From contig OZ037772.1 of NCBI GenBank assembly GCA_964035545.1, positions 2,418,001-2,482,000 of the forward strand: a DNA stretch of 64,000 nt. Direction: 5' to 3'. Under the pieces are notes generated by a model. That model made no database searches. It was given only the letters and a program-made list of their open reading frames with translations, and was not told the origin of the DNA. This document shows positions 36,001 to 47,892 of the stretch, piece after piece. This DNA is from Bugula neritina. Lineage: Eukaryota > Animalia > Bryozoa. Each line of letters begins with the position of its first letter. Within the stretch, counting starts at the first letter, position 1. A program made the translations under genes and the position numbers.

Positions 36001-39000
36001 ACTGTATAACATAATATAGGTACTGTATAACATAATATACTGTATAACATAATACACTGTATAACATAATATACTGTATAACATAATATGCTGTATAACA
36101 TAATATACTGTATAACATAGTATACTGTATAACATAATATACTGTATAACATAGTATACCGTATAACATAGTATACTGTATAACATAGTATACTGTATAA
36201 CATAGTATACTGTATAACATAATATACTGTATAACATAATATAGGTACTGTATAACATAATATACTGTGTAACATAGTATACTGTATAACATAGTATACT
36301 GTATGACATAATATACTGTATAACATAGTATACTGTATAACATAGTATACTGTATAACATAAAATACTGTATAACATAGTATGCTGTATAACATAATATA
36401 CTGTATAACATAATATACTGTATAACATAATATACTGTATAACATAGTATACTGTATAACATAGTATACTGTATAACATAATATACTGTATAACATAATA
36501 TGCTGTATAACATAGTATACTGTATAACATAGTATACTGTATAACATATAATATTGTATAACATAATACACTGTATAACATAATATGCTGTATAACATAA
36601 TATGCTGTATAACATAATATACTGTATAACATAAGATACTGTATAACATAGTATACTGTATAACATAGTATACTGTATAACATAGTATACTGTATACCAT
36701 AGTATACTGTATAACATAATATACTGTATAACATAATATACTGTATAACATAGTATACTGTATAACATAGTATACTGTATAACATAACATATTGTATAAC
36801 ATAATACACTGTATAACATAATATGCTGTATAACATAATATGCTGTATAACATAATATACTGTATAACATAAGATACTGTATAACATAGTATACTGTATA
36901 ACATAGTATACTGTATAACATAGTATACTGTATAACATAGTATACTGTATAACATAATATACAGTATAACATAGTATACTGTATAACATAATATACTGTA
37001 TAACATAATATACAGTATAACATAGTATACTGTATAACATAGTATACTGTATAACATACTATACTGTATAACATAGTATACTGTATTACATAATATACTG
37101 TATAACATAGTATACTGTATAACATAGTATACTGTATAACATAGTATACTGTATAACATAATATACTGTATAACATAGTATACTGTATAACATAGTATAC
37201 CGTATAACATAGTATACTGTATAACATAGTATACTGTATAACATAGTATACTGTATAACATAATATACTGTATAACATAGTATACTGTATAACATAATAT
37301 ACTGTATAACATAATATACTGTATAACATAGTATACTGTATAACATAGTATACTGTATAACATAGTATACTGTATAACATAGTATACTGTATAACATAGT
37401 ATACTGTATAACATAGTATACTGTATAACATAGTATACTGTATAACATAGTATACTGTATAACATAGTATACTGTATAACATAGTATACCGTATAACATA
37501 GTATACTGTATAACATAGTATACTGTATAACATAATATACTGTATAACATATTATACTGTATAACATAGTATACTGTATAACATAATATACTGTATAACA
37601 TAGTATACTGTATAACATAGTATACTGTATAACATAGTATACTGTATAACATAGTATACTGTATAACATAGTATACTGTATGACATAGTATGCTGTATGA
37701 CATAATATGCTGTATGACATAATATACTGTATAACATAATATACTGTATAACATAATATACTGTATAACATAGTATACTGTATAACATAGTATACTGTAT
37801 AACCTAGTATACCGTATAACATAGTATACTGTATAACATAGTATACTGTATAACATAATATACTGTATAACATAATATAGGTACTGTATAACATAATATA
37901 CTGTATAACATAATACACTGTATAACATAATATACTGTATAACATAATATGCTGTATAACATAATATACTGTATAACATAGTATACTGTATAACATAATA
38001 TACTGTATAACATAGTATACCGTATAACATAGTATACTGTATAACATAGTATACTGTATAACATAGTATACTGTATAACATAATATACTGTATAACATAA
38101 TATAGGTACTGTATAACATAATATACTGTGTAACATAGTATACTGTATAACATAGTATACTGTATGACATAATATACTGTATAACATAATATACTGTATA
38201 ACATAATATACTGTATAACCTAATATACTGTATAACACAATATACTGTATAACATAGTATACTGTATAATATAGTATACTGTATAACATAAAATACTGTA
38301 TAACATAGTATGCTGTATAACATAATATGCTGTATAACATAATATACTGTATAACATAATATACTGTATAACATAATATACTGTATAACCTAATACACTG
38401 TATAACATAATATACTGTATAACATAGTATACTGTATAACATAGTATACTGTATAACATAATATACTGTATAACATAATATGCTGTATAACATAATATAC
38501 TGTATAACATAGTATACTGTATAACATAATATATTGTATAACATAATACACTGTATAACATAATATGCTGTATAACATAATATGCTGTATAACATAATAT
38601 ACTGTATAACATAAGATACTGTATAACATAGTATACTGTATAACATAGTATACTGTATAACATAGTATACTGTATAACATAATATACTGTATAACATAAT
38701 ATACTGTATAACATAGTATACTGTATAACATAGTATACTGTATAACATAGTATACTGTATAACATAGTATACTGTATAACATAGTATACTGTATGACATA
38801 GTATGCTGTATGACATAATATGCTGTATGACATAATATACTGTATAACATAATATACTGTATAACATAATATACTGTATAACATAGTATACTGTATAACA
38901 TAGTATACTGTATAACCTAGTATACCGTATAACATAGTATACTGTATAACATAGTATACTGTATAACATAATATACTGTATAACATAATATAGGTACTGT

Positions 39001-41259
39001 ATAACATAATATACTGTATAACATAATACACTGTATAACATAATATACTGTATAACATAATATGCTGTATAACATAATATACTGTATAACATAGTATACT
39101 GTATAACATAATATACTGTATAACATAGTATACCGTATAACATAGTATACTGTATAACATAGTATACTGTATAACATAGTATACTGTATAACATAATATA
39201 CTGTATAACATAATATAGGTACTGTATAACATAATATACTGTGTAACATAGTATACTGTATAACATAGTATACTGTATGACATAATATACTGTATAACAT
39301 AATATACTGTATAACATAATATACTGTATAACCTAATATACTGTATAACACAATATACTGTATAACATAGTATACTGTATAATATAGTATACTGTATAAC
39401 ATAAAATACTGTATAACATAGTATGCTGTATAACATAATATGCTGTATAACATAATATACTGTATAACATAATATACTGTATAACATAGTATACTGTATA
39501 ACATAGTATACTGTATAACATAGTATACTGTATAACATAATATACTGTATGACATAATATACTGTATAACATAATATACTGTATAACATAATATACTGTA
39601 TAACATAATATACTGTATAACCTAATACACTGTATAACATAATATACTGTATAACATAGTATACTGTATAACATAGTATACTGTATAACATAATATACTG
39701 TATAACATAATATGCTGTATAACATAATATACTGTATAACATAGTATACTGTATAACATAATATATTGTATAACATAATACACTGTATAACATAATATGC
39801 TGTATAACATAATATGCTGTATAACATAATATACTGTATAACATAAGATACTGTATAACATAGTATACTGTATAACATAGTATACTGTATAACATAGTAT
39901 ACTGTATAACATAATATACTGTATAACATAATATACTGTATAACATAGTATACTGTATAACATAGTATACTGTATAACATAATATATTGTATAACATAAT
40001 ACACTGTATAACATAATATGCTGTATAACATAATATGCTGTATAACATAATATACTGTATAACATAAGATACTGTATAACATAGTATACTGTATAACATA
40101 GTATACTGCATAACATAGTATACTGTATAACATAATATACTGTATAACATAATATAGGTACTGTATAACATAATATACTGTATAACATAGTATACTGTAT
40201 AACATAGTATACTGTATGACATAATATACTGTATAACATAATATACTGTATAACATAATATACTGTATAACCTAATATACTGTATAACACAATATACTGT
40301 ATAACATAGTATACTGTATAACATAGTATACTGTATAACATAAAATACTGTATAACATAGTATGCTGTATAACATAATATGCTGTATAACATAATATACT
40401 GTATAACATAATATACTGTATAACATAGTATACTGTATAACATAGTATACTGTATAACATAGTATACTGTATAACATAATATACTGTATGACATAATATA
40501 CTGTATAACATAATATACTGTATAACATAATATACTGTATAACCTAATACACTGTATAACATAATATACTGTATAACATAGTATACTGTATAACATAGTA
40601 TACTGTATAACATAATATACTGTATAACATAATATGCTGTATAACATAGTATACTGTATAACATAGTATACTGTATAACATAATATATTGTATAACATAA
40701 TACACTGTATAACATAATATGCTGTATAACATAATATGCTGTATAACATAATATACTGTATAACATAAGATACTGTATAACATAGTATACTGTATAACAT
40801 AGTATACTGTATAACATAGTATACTGTATAACATAATATACTGTATAACATAATATACTGTATAACATAGTATACTGTATAACATAGTATACTGTATAAC
40901 ATAATATATTGTATAACATAATACACTGTATAACATAATATGCTGTATAACATAATATGCTGTATAACATAATATACTGTATAACATAAGATACTGTATA
41001 ACATAGTATACTGTATAACATAGTATACTGTATAACATAGTATACTGTATAACATAATATACTGTATAACATAATATGCTGTATAACATAGTATACTGTA
41101 TAACATAATATACTGTATAACATAGTATACTGTATAACATACTATACTGTATAGCATAATATACTGTATAGCATAGTATACTGTATAACATAGTATACTG
41201 TATAACATACTATACTGTATAGCATAATATACTGTATAGCATAATATACTGTATAGCAT
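1..41259. repeat. Large 17-bp tandem satellite array, consensus TATAACATA(G/A)TATACTG, ~2,400 monomers, with higher-order repeat structure; continues beyond the left window edge
   Basis: Uninterrupted repetition from base 1 to ...gtatagcat at 41259. Variants include 19-bp (TATAACATAGTATATACTG) and 21-bp (TATAACATAATATAGGTACTG) monomers and recurring point variants. Confidence 0.99.
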
Positions 41260-41541
41260 TTCACCAACATAATAATTTAGGTTTTATAATGTATATCACT
41301 ACATGTCTACATGTTGTATGTGTGATTGTACTTTTATATTTAACTGACATGCTGGTTTGAGAAATAAATTGAAAGTAAAACTTATTAAAGTACTTCAAAT
41401 AAACAGGTGTTAGTATAAATAGAATAATTATCCCGAAAGAGTAATATAATATTATATTATATCATAATATGTATTATTTTATATTAAAATTATTTACATT
41501 GAAGTTCATGATGACTGAGTTTCTCTCTGAGCTGCATAAGG

Positions 41542-41577
41542 ATAATTAATATATATATATATATATATATTAATTAT
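41542..41577. repeat. (AT)11 microsatellite inside a perfect 36-bp palindrome ATAATTA(AT)11TAATTAT
   Basis: Read directly from the sequence. Confidence 0.9.
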
Positions 41578-41699
41578 ATATATATGTTTAGTTTCTACGA
41601 TTAAAAAATTAATCAAAAGGACTCAATATTTTGAAAAGTAGAGTATTTATATTTGGTACTGATACAATTTCGGATATAATAATAAACTTATATATTCAT

Positions 41700-41705
41700 T
41701 TTATT
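41700..41705 (-). promoter_or_regulatory. Candidate polyadenylation signal (AATAAA) of the collagen (pseudo)gene
   Basis: TTTATT on the + strand ~180 bp downstream of the collagen stop. The AT-rich context makes a chance match plausible. Confidence 0.35.
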
Positions 41706-42210
41706 GACTACAATATTGTTTCACGTAGTGCAAGCTACGCGCATCAGATAGTTGCGTATGGCTGAGTGATTTTGTTATGAAATTTACATTATTTATGTAT
41801 TGCTATGCTGGAATGTCTAACTAGCGTCTGTTAAATGCACCAACAGAATTACTAAATTAACAACAGTTTCTAAATATATAAAGTCACAGGGAGGGGCATA
41901 ACACCCTCCCTAGCTGAACCCCAAACTCTTTGTGGGTGGTCCCGATGTCACCAGGAGCAATGTCAATAATAGGCAAGTGGGTGGCGGTCTTGGTGTCAAT
42001 CTCTGTCTGAGCTTCTGATGATTTGGCATACTACAAAATGGCAGAAGGCAAACTCAAAACTCGTACAGCACTCAAAGTGGCTTTTGAGTTGAACTCATAA
42101 GTAGTTGTTAAAAAGCCTCAAAGGCAAGCTATATTGCATATTAACAGAAAAAAGATGCAACTATCGCAATCATGTTCAAGTGCAGATCGAAGTTACACCA
42201 TATAAATTAG

Positions 42211-42260
42211 ATTTACACTTTATAGGTCAGATTTGCAGTATATAGGTCAGATTTACATAC
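42211..42260. repeat. 20-bp intronic tandem repeat (~2.5 copies) abutting a splice donor
   Basis: atttacactttataggtcag / atttgcagtatataggtcag / atttacatac. Confidence 0.7.
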
Positions 42261-42636
42261 CTTGCAATCATCCTGCAGCACAGAATATTGGAACCTGCTA
42301 TCTGTTGCCGTGTATTCTTTATCACCAGCTGTATATAAAATGACTGACTTATTCTTCCTACCATATGCGTCTTCTACTGCCACTGAGTTTATACATCTAC
42401 AATCAGCAAATGGAATAGTCATACCAACAACTTGCTCAGCTTTAAAAAGGCCTGTGATTGTTCAGATTATCAAGTGACTAGCAACATAGTAGAGGACTAG
42501 TATCTGGTGACTAGCAACTAGTGACTATTTGATAAACTGTTGGCAGTGACTATTGCCTGTCAGTCTGGGTTTGCTCTCTCAGAGTGAATTTGAAGAAAGT
42601 TGAGTTAGGAAAACTCTGCCTGATACTCAAACTACA

Positions 42637-42726
42637 ATCCATACAGGAAACCAACATGTTACTATAGCAACACTTATCAACATCCATACAGGAAACCAAT
42701 ATGTTACTATAGCGACAATTCTCAAC
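42637..42726. repeat. 45-bp intronic tandem duplication abutting a splice acceptor
   Basis: atccatacaggaaacca(c/t)atgttactatagc at 42637 and 42682. Confidence 0.85.
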
Positions 42727-43944
42727 AAAAAAACTTTTGGATATTCTAAAATAATACTGAGAAAGTCATGGTTGATACAAGATAAACACTTACGAGTGCT
42801 GTTCCCATGTGTTTAGCAACAAATGGCTGATTATCTAGCTGCTGGGTGACGTACGATTTGGTGGCGAACTCAGAGGTCTTGACATTGATACAAATGCTCT
42901 TCATTTCCTTGCGACAGTAAGCCTGGATAGCATTAGCTATGGAGCCACCATCTGCATCCACCTGACAACAAACAATAGAGAATACAACTTCTCCATTTCA
43001 CACTAACACAATACAAACATCACATAAAACTTCTAAAACCTGTTCAGCTGTTAAATATACAGAATTATATAATACAGGCAACTCATGGGAAAACTCTTAT
43101 TCTTAAACATTAAATATCTGTGGAAACTTCACATGACATGATATTGACACCTCAGGAGTAGTAATTGTAGAATATAAAACATGTTCACAGAATTTCAGTC
43201 ATCAGACTTGGATACAGATTTCCTCTGAGCAGAGAAAATAGAAACATATCAGCATCTTCTCTCACCCAATAAGTTCCACTCTTGAACTCTGGGTTTTCAG
43301 TGAAGAGTTCTCTACAGTCTCTAACAGGGCTGTCTTTGGACCCATCCCTTACTTTTGTTTCTAGAAAAATAAGGTGGAAGTAGTTATGTAAGCTAACAGC
43401 AATAAAATCAGCATTATATAATATGTCAGAATGTAGCAACATTTAACTGGAGAAACGAACTAAATAGGTGACTCATCAAGAAAGAATGTCAATCATCAAT
43501 GCTAGGAGGAGAAATACATTACAACAGCTGTCTATATTTTTATTACAATAGTTTCTAGCAGTTAATTATAAAATTGTTTGTCTGCAAATTAAACATACAA
43601 ACAATTTGAAACAGGTCCTTCATTTGAGTTCCAAAACAGCATTCAAAAAGCCCTTTCCACTACAAATCGGGCAACATCAAAGCACATTATGGCCATTACT
43701 CACTGAGGTACATATTATAGAGCTCATTGTTGGCGCCTGCATCATCAGCTTGTACACCTTTACCGTTGGACATCATTGCACTCATCATCATAGGGGGAGC
43801 ACCTAACATAACCCATGGTAGAATAAAATAAAGCTTCAATCACAAGCTATGGATGAATTTCCCAAAAGATCATCAATACACAGTTGAGAGAAAATAAAAA
43901 AGATACAAGTAATGAACAATAACTCGGTTTTGCTAATAACTAAC

Positions 43945-45157
43945 CAAATACTGGGGCTTCACCAGGAGGTCCAGGTCTGCCAGGACTACCCATTTCCCCA
44001 TCTCTCCTTTGCTCACCCTAGAAATACAAACTATTGGTTTATTACCACTTAACCAACAAGATGAATAACAATAACCTGGTAACAGTGTAAGTGTTTACCT
44101 TAGCACCATCAGGTCCAGGTGGTCCCATAGCACCCATAGCACCAGGAGAACCAGTAATTCCTTCTTTGCCATCAGCACCCCGTAGCCCGGGTGGTCCAGC
44201 AATGCCAACTGATCCAACATCTCCCCTTTAACCATCAACACCAGGAGCTCCGAGGAATCCCTGAGGTCCCTGGAAACCAGTGGGTCTTACAACAGCAGAT
44301 GATATTCATATTATCATGAGTTAGGAGTTGCCTTACCTTCTTACCAAGTAGGATAACTCTTAGAGTCAAGATTCTGTTGATGGCCAATAACTAAGGTCAA
44401 CGATTGGTTACACTTAATTCATACCTTTAGGTCCTTGTTCGCCGGGAATTCCCGGAAGCTCCGTGGGGTCCCTGAGGACTAGTTGGCCCAAACAATCCAG
44501 TTGGTCCAGAAGCACCCTGTGGCCCAGCTGGCCCCTATAGTAATAAATATATTTAGGAGACACAACTTAACTGTGAGATATTAGTGAATTATAATTTCTG
44601 TAATATTATTGTATTGTATAACATATTATATTATGGTGTATTATACTGCACTGTTGTGTAATATATTACATCATGTGATGTCACTGAAGCAACTTTAGTA
44701 TTAACATAAATAAACTAAAACAAATAAACAACTACAGGATTGACTAGTGGAAAACCAGAGAACTGAAATAAATAGAAAACTGAATAAAGAATGTTCCTGC
44801 CTTATCACCCTTGTCTCCTTGAGCACCTTCAGGTCCCTGGTTACCGGGGATTCCCACTGGATTCATGGGGCCAGGAGGTCCTTGATCACCCTGCTCCCCA
44901 GGTCTACCATCAGCACCCAGTACTCCAGGTAAACCGTCTCTGAAAAAATGGACAACAAATTATAAAAACTAAATCAAATAAAAAGTTCCAAGAAGCTAAA
45001 TAGGGTAGAGTAAAGCACAAAAAATACCTTCATTCAGATCCGGGTTCTCCAGTGACCCCCCTTTAGCCGGTTGGACCAGGCATACCAGTTCGTGCAGTTT
45101 CTCCTGTCTTTCCATTTCTGCCATCCAGACCAGGTTCTCCAGCTTGTTCGACAGGTC
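43945..45157 (-). pseudogene. Fibrillar collagen pseudogene: Gly-X-Y triple-helix exons (~70 triplets)
   Basis: Five exons: 45157-45028, 44939-44801, 44534-44425 (108+2 bp, frameshifted), ~44287-44099, 44017-43945. In-frame stops at 45063-45065, 45030-45032 and 44228-44230. Several Gly substitutions (EQA, ART, NPV, SPQ, RRD). Damaged splice sites near 44288 and 44800. Confidence 0.93.
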
Positions 45158-45420
45158 CTATGAACCAAGCAGCACCAGTATGCATTACAAGTGGTCATTT
45201 ATTAATTCTGGAACACCACATTTCTCAACATTTCTGGTATATTTCTTTGTTTTCTTGTTTTTACTAAGACAATGCATCATGTGGCAAACAATATGGTAAA
45301 AATGATCCATGGAAACCAGTCAGAGTAACTATCATACATAGTAATCCTGCCAGTTGAAATAACAAGCACTGCTGGGATTCAATATGATTACTTAGCCTAC
45401 TCCCTGCCTTAGTGCAGACT

Positions 45421-45649
45421 AGCTGTGAGGAGAACCCCAGCATATAGCATATCTGTGAGGGAAACCCCAGCATATAGAATATCTGTGAGGGAAACCCCAG
45501 CATATAGCATAGGTGTGAGAGGAATTCCAGCATATATAATAGCTGTGAGGGAAACCCCAGCATATAGCATAGCTGTGAGGGAAACCCCGGCATATATCAT
45601 AGGTGTGAGGGGAATTCCAGCATATTAATAGCTGTGAGGGAAACCCCAG
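45421..45649. repeat. 30-bp minisatellite (~7.7 copies), AGCTGTGAGGGAAACCCCAGCATATAGCAT
   Basis: Direct inspection. It explains the repetitive ORFs at 45264-45628. Confidence 0.95.
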
Positions 45650-46013
45650 GATATTATAGAATACCTAAAAAGAACAGAAATACACAAGCAAGGGTGAGTA
45701 ACTCCTCATTCAAAAGTGATACTATACTACATTGACTTAATCTGTACTTGTTATTTAACAGTAGTCATGCTAAAAAAGAATACATTTCTTAAGATTTTAA
45801 GATTTAAAAGTTTAAAGTAATTGAGATGTAATTGTAAAGTAATTGCAAAAAATCAATTACATTAGATATGTAATTAATTACAATTACATATGAGTCATTA
45901 CTCAAGTCACTAGCAGGATATATAGACACAACTTTGGTTGTGGCTACAAGAGATGTAGAATAACTTGTTAAGCAACTAACAGTGCAAGTTATTATGACTA
46001 GCAAACTTTTACT

Positions 46014-46512
46014 GTAACTATACTAACAGAGTAACTATACTAACAGAGTAACTATACGAACAGAGTAACTATACTAACAGAGTAGCTGTACTAACAGAGT
46101 AACTATACTAACAGAGTAACTGTACTAACAGAGTAACTATACTAACAGAGTAACTGTACTAACAGAGTAACTATACTAACAGAGTAACTATACTAACAGA
46201 GTAACTGTACTAACAGAGTAACTATACTAACAGAGTAACTGTACTAACAGAGTAACTGTACTAACAGAGTAACTATACTAACAGAGTAACTATACTAACA
46301 GAGTAACTGTACTAACAGAGTAACTGTACTAACAGAGTAACTATACTAACAGAGTAACTATACTAACAGAGTAACTATACTAACAGAGTAACTGTACTAA
46401 CAGAGTAACTGTACTAACAGAGTAACTATACTAACAGAGTAACTGTACTAACAGAGTAACTGTACTAACAGAGTAACTATACTAACAGAGTAACTATACT
46501 AACAGAGTAACT
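46014..46512. repeat. 17-bp intronic minisatellite (~29 copies), GTAACT(A/G)TACTAACAGA
   Basis: Direct inspection. It runs up to the GTAAGT donor (46515-46510) of the collagen intron. Confidence 0.97.
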
Positions 46513-46515
46513 TAC

Positions 46516-47407
46516 CATCATTCTGTAGGTCCAGCCGATCATCAAAGAGTCTGTCCTGCTCAGCATCAGAAAGATCTGGATTGTTGAGAGGATAAAGCTG
46601 ATAGCATATGTTGGATATGCATTCAGTAAACTCAGATCCACATTGTTCATCTTCAGTACAGTCTATTAATAGAAACAAAACTCTATAAATAGCGAACTAG
46701 TCACTAAATAACCTCACATATCTCACATACACAACATATCTCTATTTTTGATAATTGACTCACAGTATAAGTGATTTCAGTTAGTCATGACTCACAGCAT
46801 AAGTTACAGCAGCTACTTGGACTCGCAGTATAAATTATAGTAGGTAGTCATAACTCATAGTATGAAAGTCATCAATAACTCGCAATGTAGGTCATAGCGA
46901 CTACTCACCTGACAGCCCTCTTTACAGACACCATGGTGACAGATTTGTCCTTCACTAGGACAGGATGTGTTGTCAGTGCACGGATAGAAGCACCTGCAAA
47001 AAATGCTGATAATCACACCAAGTGTGATGCCTCGTTTCTACTAAAAAATCGCAAATAAAATATGTGGAAAATAAAGCAAATTCAGCTTTAAGGTTACACT
47101 CTGTTATGTAAATACATAACAAAAATCATTCAAAAATCCTGGCCAGCACAGATATAAGTACAACAGAAAGCAACACTTTTAAACTCCAATAGAGTTTAAA
47201 ACAAAGATTTCGCATTCAAACCTGAAGAACATTCTACTAGTTCTGAGTGATAAAGATCCTAGACAACAGTTCTGTCATCTGGTGAAGCCTGCTGATAACA
47301 TCTTTTCTCCGAACAGATCTGCAGCTTCCCACAGTCTCTGTCAAGGTCACATACCCCAACACAGGCACCACACTCGCAGGTGAAGCCACACGCACAGTTC
47401 TCAGGGT
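46516..47407 (-). pseudogene. Cys-rich N-terminal exons, probably of the same collagen pseudogene (C-x2-D-x2-C...C...C type repeats)
   Basis: Exon 46662-46516 (CTEDEQCGSEFTECISNICYQLYP...LQNDG) ends in phase 1, matching the first Gly-X-Y exon. Exon ~46993-46909 encodes CFYPCTDNTSCPSEGQICHHGVCKEGCQ. Exon 47407-~47222 encodes PENCACGFTCECGACVGVCDLDRDCGKLQICSEKRCYQ... with TAG at 47259-47261. Phases between the two upstream exons do not join cleanly. Confidence 0.7.
46757..46908. repeat. Degenerate ~25-32-bp repeat containing copies of the donor motif (ACTCAC/ACTCGC on +, GTGAGT/GCGAGT on -)
   Basis: gactcacagtataag, gactcacagcataag, gactcgcagtataaa, aactcatagtatg, aactcgcaatgtagg, tactcac at the real donor. 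Confidence 0.6.
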
Positions 47408-47418
47408 CTGAAGAGCAG

Positions 47419-47887
47419 TATAAACTAGTAATATAACTTGGTAATATAAACTAGTAATATAACTTGGTAATATAAACTAGTAATATAACTTTGTAATATA
47501 AACTAGTAATATAATTCGGTAACGTAAACTAGTAATATAACTTCGTAACATAAACTAGTAATATAACTTGGCAAAATAAACTAGTAATATAACTTGGTAA
47601 CATAAACTAGTAATATAACTTGGTAACATAAACTACTAATATAACTTCGTAACATAAACTAGTAATATAACTGGGTAGTATAACTTGGTAATATAAACTA
47701 GTAATACAACTTGGTAGCATCAACTAGTAATATAACTTGGTAACATAAACTAGTAATATAACTTGGTAACATAAACTAGTAATATAACTTGGTAACATAA
47801 ACTATTAATATAACTTGGTAACATAAACTAGTAATATAACTTGGTAATATAAACTAGTAATATAACTTGGTAATATAAACTAGTAAT
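47419..47887. repeat. 26-bp minisatellite (~18 copies), TAAACTAGTAATATAACTTGGTAA(T/C)A, itself a dimer of related 13-mers
   Basis: Period 26 (47421, 47447...). Halves are TAAACTAGTAATA and TAACTTGGTAACA. Confidence 0.95.
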
Positions 47888-47892
47888 TTAAT

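Larger units (their letters stand above)
41884..43802 (-). pseudogene. Fibrillar collagen pseudogene: C-telopeptide and C-propeptide (COLFI/NC1) exons
   Basis: Exons with mostly compatible phases and AG/GT ends. 43802-43704 (APPMMMSAMMSNGKGVQADDAGANNELYNMYL, ADDA resembles the C-proteinase site). 43360-43266 (TKVRDGSKDSPVRDCRELFTENPEFKSGTYW). 42961-42794 (VDADGGSIANAIQAYC...). 42631-~42557 (FEYQAEFS*LNFLQIHSERA; premature TAA at 42605-42607 plus a frameshift, donor uncertain). 42396-42261 (CINSVAVED...RFQYSVLQDDCK). 42030-41884 (…HLPIIDIAPGDIGTTHKEFGVQLGRVLCPSL*). These match known fibrillar procollagen C-propeptide motifs (GEYWIDP, QLTFLR, LPIIDVAP..EFG). Confidence 0.93.

Noticed and set aside
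46-41259. More than 100 long minus-strand ORFs (up to 1696 aa) as real genes
   Set aside because: They are a mathematical by-product of a stop-free 17-bp unit. All three frames give the same peptide, 19/21-bp variants shift frame freely, and there is no unique domain.
1-41259. CRISPR array, telomeric repeat or information-storage array
   Set aside because: There are no unique spacers and no G-rich strand, the context is eukaryotic, and variant order is explained by block duplications.
1-41259. Apparent excess of A>G/T>C variants suggesting editing or a RIP-like process
   Set aside because: By rough count the ratio of variant types is about what a ~76-82% AT monomer predicts, and variants are propagated by duplication rather than arising independently.
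45264-45628. Repetitive ORFs (MLGFPSQ..., VRETPAYSI...)
   Set aside because: They are translations of the 30-bp minisatellite.
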